Shown here piece after piece: positions 23,018 to 36,431 of a stretch of 64,000 nucleotides of DNA (the first letter of the stretch is position 1; every line of letters begins with the position of its first letter). The notes below the pieces were generated by a model. The model saw nothing but the letters and a program-made list of their open reading frames with translations. It was not told where the DNA came from and did not search any database. The translations under genes and the position numbers were made by a program. The stretch is from contig NW_027362764.1 in assembly GCF_046119375.1 (NCBI RefSeq), positions 166,904,001 to 166,968,000 of the forward strand, given 5' to 3'. This DNA is from Phyllobates terribilis (lineage: Eukaryota).

Positions 23018-25031
23018 ATGGGCTTCATTGCGCAAATCACACATCCCTTATATGGGGACATATCCAATGCAAAATAAGGTCTTTGTCTGTATCCACCCAT
23101 TCACTTCGATATTCCTGGATGAACCTTAGATGTATGTGTCAACTAACACTGGGCACACAGTGTACATCTATGTAATTAGATTCTTCTGTATTGTAGCATA
23201 CTACTGTATATGAAATCAAATACAATTCCATATGCTGCTTAACGTAGTGCTGCCTTGTGAACTGTGGGGGGAAAGAATGTGCATTGCCTCTAAAACAGAA
23301 GGCATCATGTCCCCTCCCCCATCTTGACTGCTGCAAACCTTAGTGAAGCTCACTATTTCCTTACTATGGTCACATCTGATCGTTTTACACTGCATTAGAC
23401 CATAATGCCTCAATACTCCACACAAAGCCCACAATGCTCGTGGATTATATATGCATATATGTGTATATGTATATATATGTAGAAACATCTGCATCGTCAT
23501 GCGTATCATCACAATATACAGATGGCTACATGAATAGTTAGATGGATAAATGGATGGATGAATGGATAGATAGGTCTCCTTTGACTGTGAAACAAAGGCG
23601 CCACCATAGCCAACCCTTGCCCCGCCTCTGAGAAGGAAAACAAATTCTTACACTTGTATTGAGGCTTTTAAGACTATAATTGAAGTCGGCGCGTCAAGGA
23701 GAAGTGAGCAGAGCTCTAGACTGACCTGCGGTTTTATGGCACATTTGGCAGTCAACTTCAGCCTGTGTCACAGCAGACATGGCCTGGCCAGGGGCTCACA
23801 GGAGACGCCACCTACATGCAGCCATGACCTCCTCTCCACATGTTACATGCAATCACTGATTACACTGTGTGCTCTCTGAAAGGTTTGTATGATGGTAACC
23901 ATTGCTTTTGTTTCCATAGAATAGTGTTTGTGTGTATACACTTATATGTTTAATTGTGCAAATAGAATNNNNNNNNNNNNNNNNNNNNNNNNNNNNNNNN
24001 NNNNNNNNNNNNNNNNNNNNNNNNNNNNNNNNNNNNNNNNNNNNNNNNNNNNNNNNNNNNNNNNNNNNNNNNNNNNNNNNNNNNNNNNNNNNNNNNNNNN
24101 NNNNNNNNNNNNNTGTGCCCCCTGGCAAATCGTAGGGGAAAATAGAGAAACCATACATTGAGTATGATCATGCACCATATATACGCACCTCTTCACCGCC
24201 AGGTCTTGTAGGATGCATAAGGACAGACATTTGCAGATGCTCTAGCGAAAAAAAACTTCCAACAATGAGACATCTTTATGGCGAAAAAAAAAATAGTTTT
24301 GTTATCGTGTATTTGACCTTAACCATAGACCGCGGCACTAAATAATGGCTAGTCTGGCCTTGGAGCTGGGTTATTCCTCAGATCAGTAATGCTGCATCTC
24401 CTCATGTGCCCAGAGATACAGAATACATCTTCTTTAACATCCTTAGGACAAGAATCAATATGACGGTACATGCAGACTGCAGCTTGTGGTTTAAGTTTCA
24501 GGGTCAAATCTGATTCTCGTTTTGTGAGTTTTCTTTGTTTAGCATTATTATCACCAAATCAAAATTCCGGCTCCATCACCCACTGCAGCGACAAAGACTT
24601 TTCGTGCACAACCCAACACAAACAGCTTTACATTTCATTACATTACAAGTGTAGCAAAAGTGCCCTCCAAGCCCCACTAAAAATATGTATTATTGAGCAA
24701 GCATATACAGACACACAGATCTACAAGTGTCTCTTACAACAAAAAACGACAAAACTCACATTGCAATAATTGTCACTATATAGTGTTGTCGTTGCTGTTG
24801 TTTTTGCTGTTGTTGATGATGAGGATGATGATGTCAACAATAAAAAGCAGAAGAATACAAAATATCACAATAGAAAACATAATATAATGATTACCTACAT
24901 TTATAAATTTTGACAGGACTGTTGTATTAAGTATAGATTATATTATGGGAGTAATGGGAGAAAATTCTAAAGAAAAATGGTAAATGTTTAGATAAAGATT
25001 GGTAATATTATTAATAACAACAGCAGCAACA

Positions 25032-25097
<66 letters not shown>

Positions 25098-25368
25098 ATC
25101 TATCATCTTCACATACAGTAGTATTAATAATGATATAGCTGTCACAATATAATAAACACACGTGCATATACAGATAGACGGATAGATATTTGCTATTTAT
25201 ACACTTAAAAGGGTGATAAAAAAAAGTGTTTATTCCAAGCCCAAGCGCTTGAAAAAAATACTGTTTTTCACCTTTTGTAAAGGGAGTGTTGACATTTTTA
25301 TTTTATATGTATAGTAGTAGTCCAGTGGTGGTGTGCATCCACACTTTATTTAATTACTGCTGCCTTTA

Positions 25369-25434
<66 letters not shown>

Positions 25435-28244
25435 CACACACACACATAGATAAATAAACGCATTTAGAGACGCTGTCATTACTTTTCCTGCTATATTATC
25501 TTATCAGCGGTTTTTATTTTAGCGGTAGTTTTCTACATGTGTGATTGCAGTCAGACGGATGCGTACATTTCTCCTCCCCTGCAGCAGATTTTCTGATACA
25601 TTAATTATATAGCACTAGGCTCTTTTTAGTGGCCATTTACAGGTGCAGGTCTATGATTATTGCAGGCAATTCCGGGGCTTTGAGAACATGCAGTCTAGAC
25701 CGTCTGGCAGGCTCTGATAGTCTGCTTTCCGCATACGTGCCTATAGCAAGAGTAAAGCCAGACTGAAAACAAAAAAAAAACAAAAAAAACAAAAACAAAC
25801 AAAAGCAAAACAAAAGCACCATCTTTGGAATCGCCATTTGGAATTTTACCATTTTTTTACTGACACAGAAAATGGATAGAAAAATACTAATACAAGTCTC
25901 ACATGAGAATAGTCATTTGGTTCAGGATCTCCACACATTACAGATCTGGGCACTGGGCACAGTGTGCGCCACATCCGGGGCTTTCCTGCTCAACAAAGAA
26001 TTATTGTATTCATGTATTAGAAACTAATCAGAAGTAAATGTAATACCTTGAACTTGACCTCCAATGTGTTTTATCCCCATCTGTGAAATATAGATTTGAA
26101 GAAGACTATTATAGATTCCTGTAGGAGATGGCTTCATCGCATACAATGGCAATGCTCGCATCGTGTCACCACTAACCTGATACTATAGGGGTAAAACTGA
26201 ATTATTCCGGACACAGGGAAGCGGAATATCAGAATATGTATGAACAGCCTCCAGCAACTTAACTGAACACGTGTAAGAATTAATGGATCACCCTATGGAC
26301 AGGAAAAGACACGATTCTCGCATATTAAGGAATAATTGTATATATCTCCTAGATCCTGACACAGAGTGCATGTGATGTTTCTACTGTGGCTTATTGTTTT
26401 CAAGAAAATGAGCACTTTGAAAATGTTTTCTGGATGCAATAAAATAAAATAATATGTTAATAAAATACATTTGATCTCAATAATTGTGCCGATGATGTTT
26501 ACTGCAAAATGAAATGTGTGTTCAACGTGTGAAAGAAATTGTGAAAAGAAAGGAAAACAAAAGACGTATAGGTATTACCAAGTGTATNNNNNNNNNNNNN
26601 NNNNNNNNNNNNNNNNNNNNNNNNNNNNNNNNNNNNNNNNNNNNNNNNNNNNNNNNNNNNNNNNNNNNNNNNNNNNNNNNNNNNNNNNNNNNNNNNNNNN
26701 NNNNNNNNNNNNNNNNNNNNNNNNNNNNNNNNNNNNNNNNNNNNNNNNNNNNNNNNNNNNNNNNNNNNNNNNNNNNTAAGTAATCATCATTTAAATACGA
26801 AAAATTAATGCATATATACATATATATGTATTCATTTTTCGTGTTTAAATTAAGATTANNNNNNNNNNNNNNNNNNNNNNNNNNNNNNNNNNNNNNNNNN
26901 NNNNNNNNNNNNNNNNNNNNNNNNNNNNNNNNNNNNNNNNNNNNNNNNNNNNNNNNNNNNNNNNNNNNNNNNNNNNNNNNNNNNNNNNNNNNNNNNNNNN
27001 TCTCCAGAAGGGGACGTTATAGTGCCTTTTAAACAAAGGCAAGGGTTTGGTTTTCTAATCCCATCATAACATCTAGTCCTGGGCCCTTGACTGTCTTCTT
27101 TTCTGTACCCAAAGTAGTGAACTGCTTGCTGTTGCTGCCCCCTCCTACATTTATATCTCAGTGCCTTCTGTCACAGAAAACCCCTTTATTACTTATTACC
27201 CCCTACTTATTTCTGGATAATAAAGAACAACACTGAGCTATATTGCTATATCACACCTTGTCTGATATAAATATCTAAAGTGTAATATAAAATACTATAA
27301 GGGAATATATTATAGTAGAATGTAACACATATATGTGAACATGCTAAAGTCACTGAGACTAAATCCAGTGAGCTGTATTACCAAGGAAACATCACAAGAG
27401 GCCAGCAGACATTACTGCACGGATTCTAAAGGGAAAGGAGCAACAAAACTACAAGGATATAAAAAAAAGAATCACAATATATACAGATGAATGAACATCA
27501 CAAGGAATAAAATAAATGTAAATTGAATAATAATAAAATAACAATAATGTAAGGCAGGAAATACTAAAGACACAGGCAAATATGAAGAGGAAGATGATAA
27601 AAGAAAAAAAGAAAAAAGTAACTTGTCCTCAACTGAAAACACAACAGGACCTGGTGTAAAGGGCAAGCCCTGCGGCTGTCATCATTAATTACAATGGTTT
27701 ATGACTTGTATTAATATTCTAGGTGCCATTAAAAATTGCTTTCTTTTGATATATACAACCCAGAGACGGTCCTCACTTATAGGATAAGGACAGAGCCGCC
27801 TCCTTGGACTCAGCAGCGCCTCACTAACTAAAGATCTTGGAATTACAGCCCATAGCTGGGCAGTTTGCATTTCTTCATAGGCCATTTTATCTGGGATTAA
27901 AGCCCTGCCCTCTGCCCCTAGAAGCTCCTGAACGCGTTAATCATAAGCAAGGAAGTTTTATTAACTCGTTGGCATACGCAGAATGTCAACAGTTGTTTGG
28001 TCTGCAATTATATGAATACTATGGTATTTTATAACTAATAAACTTGAACCTGAAGTAATCTTTTAATGCTAACCCCAGGATGCCCTGGTGAAATATTAAT
28101 TTCCTCTGCGAAGTGCTGAATGGAGTGACACATTTCCCTGGTTGTTAAATATATTTGCAGAATAAAAAAGTTACACAGAAGATTGTCACATTAGTGCACT
28201 CGGGATAGCAGTGGGACTATGCTATGCGACAAGAATGGTCTGCA

Positions 28245-28295
<51 letters not shown>

Positions 28296-29454
28296 ATTTC
28301 TTATTTATATTTTCCAAGCTTTGTATCCTAATATTTGACGTGGCTTCGATCCACTTTCTAACATGGTACAAATATATATTTTTCTTCTATACTACTGATA
28401 TTTTTATATTACAAAAAAAAAAATACAGTTCCTCCAAAAGTCATAACGTAGCTTTAACGACAGTTATTTATTGTTTGTTTATTTAAAACTCCCTCCTTTA
28501 TTAATTAATCCAGAATTTTTGGTATTTTCTGGATACAAATATGTTATAAAATATTAATAAAGTATTTGCTTGGAGCTTTTTAGATAATGTAACTAATATA
28601 TAGTTCAACCACTTATATTTAATTACCACCCACCTATATTTCATTACTATTTAAAATATTAATAAAGTATTCACTTGGAACTTTTTAGATAATTTAAGGA
28701 ACTTTCTAGATAATTTAAACAATATATCGTTCAGCCACTTAAATTTCATTACTATCCTATTTGCGTTATATTAAATAGTTATTAAATGCAAAACTACTGC
28801 AAACACACAATTTAGTTCCCTGCCTTATAATTGGAAGAGAAGCATTTAAGTCAAATATTAAATTTTAATTGTAACATTAAATTTTGTATAATTTGAGCTT
28901 AAAGGGAAAGAGATTTATAGAATGTAGAAATGTTGCTGTATTGCCCAAATCAACCTAAAATTATCTTAAATTCGTAAGCTGTGATTCCATGAGTGTAATA
29001 TATTTTAAAAGCTTCAGTACCAGTACAAATGTTATACTATATTCTGACCAAATGAAATATAACCAGCAAAAACAAAATAAAAAAAAAGAACAAAAAATAC
29101 AAACAAATAAAAAATAAACAAACAATGAAACAGAACTGTAAATTACTGACAAAATTATAAAAATATGTGGAAAATATGTTTTGCTTTTTTTTTATGAATA
29201 TTCTGAAAAGATGGAGATCTGCAATATAAAAGCAATAAATAAAATACTATAATCTATAAACTAAGTAGCTTATGTTCACATGATATTTAAATAAGTAAAC
29301 AAATATTCAGTACAGAATATAACTAATAATTAAGTGAACCACAAGAACCATAAAATCTTCAAAGGCTATTTTGATTAGTAAAAATTAGTAGGTTACAAGT
29401 TTAGACGTTCCAAGCCTTATAACAGCTAATAATCGTGGTTGTAGATCTGCTTTT

Positions 29455-29474
29455 GAACACCAGATGGCGCTATT
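29455..29474 (+). promoter_or_regulatory. CTCF motif between HoxA11 and HoxA13
   Basis: Plus strand reads GAACACCAGATGGCGCTATT, 13/14 match to the core. Confidence 0.75.
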
Positions 29475-30822
29475 GATCTACTAATCCTAGTGATGCCTAT
29501 TCATGAGCTGTCAGAAGTCAAGGTCACAAATTGTCTCTGTTCCTCAAGGTCAAGGTTTAAGGCCTTCCCATCCAGTTGTTTCAACAATCGCCACAGCTTC
29601 CCAGAAAATACAGCTCTGAGCTAAGGATCATTACAGGATCCTTCTGGTTAATTTATTTTCAGGTGAAGGTGGCTACTCTTGATCAAGACCAATGCATCTC
29701 ATGATGTGTCAATTATGGATTCCAAACTGGATATCTAACATAATAAATAATAATTATTTCTCCATAACTAATGACTAACCCCTATTGGAGCACATCACTC
29801 TTCCAGATAATTCGATTGAGTTTCCAAATTGATCCGTATTTTTTCTATTGCAAATAACACAGTTAGAGGTTCAGGGCAGAATAAAAATGTCTGGTGCACA
29901 AATAACGTTCACAGTGCGCTAATTTATTATTATAATTCTTATAATTAGTATTTACATGATAGCATTTTTTTAGAAGTGAGTAGAGATGAAACAAACGTTT
30001 AAAATAATTGCTGATGAAATTTCAAAGTGCTGGAAATGATTATCATTATCTAACTCGGCCAAATTACAGAAAATAAACAAAATAATTCCTAATGCCATTC
30101 TAAGGCCTGAACCATGAAATTTCATTGTAGGCTTATACTTCTGTAATATGGGTATTTATTATACACAACCGGGTATTTACAATAATCCGTCCATGTGGAG
30201 ATTGAGTTTTGTCCTTTGCACATCATTATAAGTCCAATATGTCAGATTATTAATAATGTAAAAAAAGAGGTAACGTTAAAGCCCCTCAGTGCCCACAACA
30301 TCCATATGTAATTTCAGGGAAGGCCTAGGAAGGCTTCTACTTACTGAAGGGCTTGTATAGAGATTGAAATCCACCCCTCCATATAACTGTGTACATTCTT
30401 CATCAAAACATCATTAAACCCATTTGGTAATATATAAGAATGTATAGAGTGAACATACAGTAAAGATACAAGTTACCTGAGCAGTCACTCAACATGCAGT
30501 CTGGTTTCAAGGTTCAAAGCGCAATTATTACATCGATTCTTGTTTAAAGGCTACACGTCTTTTCTTTATGATCAAATGGACAAGTCATATCAGGCTGCAA
30601 GAGAATAATTCCACCAGTAGGTACAAAGTCGTGTGATCTCCAACAAGGTCAGAGTCTTGGCCTCCTTCAATTAATTCAATTAATTTTTTTTCACCCTTCC
30701 CCTCCCCAGATACATTGTCCATATTTTATATTTTAACCAATTTCTAAGGGCTCCATGAGACTTTCCAGGGAGAGAATAGATCAGTTTCATGTGATAAGAA
30801 CCTACTGACTATAATCCACTGA

Positions 30823-31067
30823 TTAGCTAGTGGTCTTCAGTTTATTGATGACTTTTTTTTCTTTGACTCTCCTGTTCTGAAACCAAATAGTGACCTGTCT
30901 TTCTGACAGGTTGGTGGTTGCTGATATCCTGCGCCTTTTGTCCTTAGTGATAAATTTATTTGTCGCATATTCCCTTTCCAGTTCTTTCAGTTGCACTTTA
31001 GTGTAAGGAACTCGTTTTTTTCTGCCTCGTCTGTACGAATTGGCATCTGAAGGATGGGAAACCACGT
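30823..31067 (-). CDS. HOXA13: Homeobox protein Hox-A13, coding exon 2 (homeodomain)
   Basis: Acceptor ctttccctttcag|AC. Translates (D)[80 protein letters not shown]. Confidence 0.97.
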
Positions 31068-32034
31068 CTGAAAGGGAAAGCACAGGTCACTGAGATATGA
31101 TGCTGCCTGACATCAACACAGTCATGCATGAAGTTATATACATTGTACGTAGAAAAATGTATGCTGCATTTAAATGTATGTAAATCTATCTATCTGCATT
31201 AGTGTGGGTGTATGTAAATGTGTGTGTGTTTTTGTGTCTCTCTATATATTATAAGTATATTATGTATATATATACAATTTTTATATCACTCAATAAAACA
31301 AATATGTTATGTATCAACAATATTAATCTGTAGCAGAATATGAGCTAAAATTGCATATGCAGTGGAAAAGGGAAACTGCATAACTTAAATTGTTCATTGT
31401 TCAACATTTATATATAGATAGATAGATAGATTTTTCTCTCTCTCTATATACACATATATATATATAAATATATATTCACAATGATCTCATGCACATAAAA
31501 TTATGTGTATCTGTATATACATATATTTCTACAAAGATGTAAATGCAGAAAAATATTATTGTTTATATATGACATCATTGTGAATATATTATATAACATT
31601 ATATGGTGATTTATAATAAACGGGAAATAGATAGATGATAGACATCAAATTTCAAATTATATCATGTCTTTTATTTTTTTTTTGTGTGTAATATAAAATG
31701 CATGTAGGATACAAATCAGGATAAATAAGATATAGATGCTGTTGGTAGAAAAAAAAGGAAAGAAATAGAGAGAGAAAGAAAAATATGATAGATTGATAAT
31801 NNNNNNNNNNNNNNNNNNNNNNNNNNNNNNNNNNNNNNNNNNNNNNNNNNNNNNNNNNNNNNNNNNNNNNNNNNNNNNNNNNNNNNNNNNNNNNNNNNNN
31901 NNNNNNNNNNNNNNNNNNNNNNNNNNNNNNNNNNNNNNNNAAATAGATATGATAGACAGATATGATAGATAATATTGATTGCAAATAAAAGGAATACATT
32001 CTGCATTAAAGAATATAATTATTTGATGTGTTAC

Positions 32035-32686
32035 CCGGTAAAGTGGATTTCCATAGGTGGGTTGGCTGGCTTTGATCCTTGGCACAGTAAACCTGCCCAT
32101 TCCAGCCATTTGTAATAGCCCAGGGTTGGTAGCTATCCATTGACAGTAATGGTTCATGCCTCGGTTCACCAGGTGCCCCAATGGTGGACACTACAGGCAT
32201 ATCCAGATAGCCTGGTACTGGCTGGTAAGGGGCTGTGGCATATCCCTGGTAAAAAGCAAACTCCTTGGCCCTAGAAGGAAAGTCTTCTCCAGCAGAGACT
32301 GATGTCTCCATATACTTGTCTGCAAAGGAGGAGGGCTGCGAGCAGGACTTGATGGTGCTGTGATGGCTCATTCTACAGGGGTAATAGCTGCTGCCAAAGT
32401 AGCCATAGGGCAGGCTGGCACTAGAGGAGCTCTGCACCGCAGAGCAGGGGCTGCACTGCTTGCCAGACTCCGCGATGCCCGACACTGGCACCTCACTGGA
32501 GGAGTAGGCACCGCTGGGGGCCAGAGATGCGGCAGCCGGGTGCCCCATCAGGTTCCTGCATTGGTTCGCTGCGAAGTTGCTGCCTGCGAATCCTTCCATG
32601 TTCTTATTAATATCATCCAAGCTGTTGTCGTAGAGGAACATGAGCGGCTCGGGCCAGCGGGGATGGAGCAGCACGGAGGCTGTCAT
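32035..32686 (-). CDS. HOXA13: Homeobox protein Hox-A13, coding exon 1
   Basis: [21 protein letters not shown]...AANQCRNLM...[12 protein letters not shown]...QPVPGYLD...WNGQVYC...LWKSTLP. Donor G|GTAACA at 32035/32034, phase 1. No long poly-Ala tracts. 652 + 245 nt = 298 aa. Confidence 0.96.
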
Positions 32687-32781
32687 AGCCCGGGCAGCTC
32701 CTCATTAAAAGCCCCAAAGACTGAGCAGAACACATTACAGCTCTGTGAGTGTAGCCTCAGCCTGGCTCAGCACGCCCGCTC

Positions 32782-32805
32782 ATTGGCCCGGGCGGGTCAC
32801 GTGAT
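32782..32805 (-). promoter_or_regulatory. HoxA13 proximal promoter module: E-box, GC box, CCAAT
   Basis: Minus strand reads ATCACGTGACCCGCCCGGGCCAAT, about 100-120 nt upstream of the ATG. Confidence 0.65.
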
Positions 32806-35667
32806 ATGCAAAGCAGCTGCCAGACCCCAGAGCTGAGCTGCAGATAATTTACTTTTTTTCCTCCTTTCTTCTTCCTCTTCCCTTATATAAGTCAGCATTC
32901 AGTGCATCATCAATCCAGGCCCATATATGTATATATAGATAGATTTTTTAGACTATCGTGCAATGTTTTAATACATGATCCATTCTACAACTTTTGCACT
33001 TATCTTTCCACACGCAGGGAGGGCACCCTATGGTTATAAAATATTGCCATGGCATCATTCCTCTGCGCTCATCATTTTATTACATTAATGCGTATATAAT
33101 AACAATAATAAAACATGTCATCCAAATATAACACGCAATCCAACTTAATATATAGATGATGTGTTTATAGGGAGGAAACCCCCCAAAATATGTCACCATA
33201 ACATACAGACAGGTAAGAGAAGTAGAAATATTAAAAATTCAATTTAAAAACAAACAGCCTTTTTTTTACAATGAAAATAAGAGGTTAATGGAGAAATTAG
33301 ATTGAATGAGTTCAGGAAAAGCTAAAAAAAGACAACAACTAAAAAACAAGAAAATATGTCTCAACAAAAATATTGAGGTAATTAAACAGAATAGAAAAGG
33401 ATAGTAGAATTATCGCTTTGTATANNNNNNNNNNNNNNNNNNNNNNNNNNNNNNNNNNNNNNNNNNNNNNNNNNNNNNNNNNNNNNNNNNNNNNNNNNNN
33501 NNNNNNNNNNNNNNNNNNNNNNNNNNNNNNNNNNNNNNNNNNNNNNNNNNNNNNNNNNNNNNNNNNNNNNNNNNNNNNNNNNNNNNNNNNNNNNNNNNNN
33601 NNNNNNNNNNNNNNNNNNNNNNNNNNNNNNNNNNNNNNNNNNNNNNNNNNNNNNNNNNNNNNNNNNNNNNNNNNNNNNNNNNNNNNNNNNNNNNNNNNNN
33701 NNNNNNNNNNNNNNNNNNNNNNNNNNNNNNNNNNNNNNNNNNNNNNNNNNNNNNNNNNNNNNNNNNNNNNNNNNNNNNNNNNNNNNNNNNNNNNNNNNNN
33801 NNNNNNNNNNNNNNNNNNNNNNNNNNNNNNNNNNNNNNNNNNNCAAAACTACAACAGTACACCTTGCATTCCCTTGAAATGAATTGGGCAGATTGATTGC
33901 ACTGAATCACTGTATATTGATATCTATTTCGATTCAGATCCTTGCACAGAAAATGTAAAATAATATTCAAAAATTAAGTCGGCCTATTATTACTATGACA
34001 CATTTTCTATAAAAACAAATCTACTGGTTGGCTGCACACAATGAGGTGACTATGAGACACTACATGATAGCTGGGAGACACTGAGGATCTCTCCGAGCAC
34101 TAAGCTAATGTACCAGACACCCAGTATACACAGCACTGAGCACAGGGCAACTGTGCATAAGTGCTGAGCAGGGACACAAGCCAAGGTCAAGTTGAAAGTG
34201 CTTGTCTAGCCAAAAGTGCTCTGCCAATTAAGCCCTGGAGTCTCTTACTACCAGAAGAAGCCGTGTCCACCGAGGTCATGTACTAAAACCTCTTATATGT
34301 GATGGCGCACGGTGTGGTCATCATGTCCTAAAGTAGCAAAATACGTTCATTCATCATCACAACCCATTGAGCTGCACTTCACAAAAAGAAAAATAAGATA
34401 TAGAATCATTCTCTATATTTTATTTCTGACATGTTAAATATATGTACATACACCTATACAAAACACACACACACACACACCCACCCACACCCACCCACAC
34501 CCACACCCACACACACACACACACATATATATAGTATATATATGTACACACTCGTATATATAAACTATAAATACATATATAAAGTATATACGCATATATG
34601 TAATTATATATACGCGCACGTGTACATATTTGTATACACACATCATACACACACATATATACGATATATATTAAGCATATAGCTATAGATATAGATACAC
34701 ACATACATATATATGTACATATGTATGCACACATATGTGTGTATATTTTACAAATATACATTTGTTTTCCTAAACATCTGAGTGAAAAGCATTGGGAAAC
34801 TGAAATTTCCGTACCTGATACATTTAACAATTTGATTTGTCATTTATTGTAAATTCCAATCTACAGAAAATATGACTGGCGGACATAGAAAGACAAGCCC
34901 TACTCGGATAATGATTACCATATTCAATGAGATCATTTCTTCCCAGGGAAGTCATTAGTAACAGAGTTATGTAATGAGCAGCTGGTAAACTTTTGATATA
35001 CAAACAAATATACAATTAGCACTTTTCCATTTTTTGCACATGTCTGTGAAAAATGGAAATGTTTTCACATTATTTAAAGAATTTTTTTATTGACCAATTA
35101 AAAGACATCTTGTCACTACTTATACTTTATACTGACTATATTTCATGTCATAGTCATGGTTATTGATATTATTAGTAACAACTAAAGCAACAAAACTATT
35201 ATCTATCTATCTGTATTTTGTCTTTGGGCAGCTAATTATACTACTACTAATAATAATAATAATCATGAGCAGCATTATATTTGCATACAGTGATAACGTT
35301 TGTCATTGAATGATATATAAGTATATCAAATAATAAATCCTCAATGCAATCCTATAACATAAATACAATAAGTGTATGAGACTCTTCCCACACAATGTGT
35401 AGATTTTGTTGTTTTAAATGTTCATTTGCTCCAACATTTAGCAGCATGCATTAAGCAACTATGCCAAATCATATGCCCTTGACTGGCTGATTAATTAAAA
35501 TGTATCTTTAGGTCATAGCATATTATATAGGCCATTTATGATATCCTTGTGTAAGCAGAGTTCTCCATAATATTGTGCTGCGAGGTATTCCGTAAGGTAA
35601 AGAATATAATTAATGAAGGGGGGGAAATCTCTTTGCTTTGTACAAATGGTGTCTACACACGAGGTAA

Positions 35668-35793
35668 TTAAACAGTGTGACACTTCCCCGTTGCCCCAGA
35701 CCAGAGATTCCCACTAATATGTGTCTCTCCTTGTAGACAGCCTGCAAAACACTGGCTGCTGTGCCTGGAGCTGTACTGGTACCAGTCCGGCAT
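35668..35793 (-). pseudogene. HOXA14: HoxA14-like pseudogene exon 3 (recognition helix remnant)
   Basis: ttgtgtcttttgcacag|ATG CCG GAC TGG TAC CAG TAC = MPDWYQY. W is the fourth codon after a phase-0 acceptor, as expected for V45-K-I-W48-F-Q-N51. TGGTACCAGTAC differs from TGGTTCCAGAAC at 2 of 12 nt. Confidence 0.65.
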
Positions 35794-36431
35794 CTGTGCA
35801 AAAGACACAAGGTAAAACTTTAATATACATCTTTACTAGAAATAAATATATTCACTGTACAAAATCATGGGCTTTCCATAGACAATAGAAAAATAGCATA
35901 GTTATAGTAACTGACTATTTCGAGGTGTATTAATATATATATATACATCTCGAAATAGTCAGTATATATACATACATACACATATTTTATATACAACTAT
36001 CTATTTGTCTATCTGTATGTAATACATATATAAATATTTATATATCTATTTATATCTCTGTATATATGAAGATAGATAAATAGATATTTTACACTGATTG
36101 AAACATTTGTCAGGAATTATTCTGATCTTTCTTTCTTTTTTTCTTTCTCATCTTTTTTTTTTTCTGCCCATTTCTTATCTTCTTTCTTTTTTTTTCTGTC
36201 CCTTTATCTTTTTTTCTGCCCCTTTTCTTATCTTTCATTCTTTCTTCCTTCCTTTCTTTCTTTCTTTCCTTCTTTCTTTCCCTTTCTTATCTTNNNNNNN
36301 NNNNNNNNNNNNNNNNNNNNNNNNNNNNNNNNNNNNNNNNNNNNNNNNNNNNNNNNNNNNNNNNNNNNNNNNNNNNNNNNNNNNNNNNNNNNNNNNNNNN
36401 NNNNNNNNNNNNNNNNNNNNNNAGCACACCC

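Noticed and set aside
21618-23100. Several 100-200-aa S/A/P/Q/L-rich ORFs
   Set aside because: They are translations of the stop-poor strand of the 17-bp minisatellite, with no splice or homology support.
28548-28755. About 104-bp AT-rich tandem duplication
   Set aside because: Real but ordinary slippage-type duplication with no motif or context suggesting function.
32360-32836. Antisense ORFs over Hox exons and promoters (also 11491-11973, 10701-11251, 20751-21144)
   Set aside because: Expected shadows of GC-rich coding sequence, with no independent evidence.
32840-34400. HOTTIP-like lncRNA upstream of HoxA13
   Set aside because: The position fits, but no sequence feature supports it and a 418-nt gap lies in the region.
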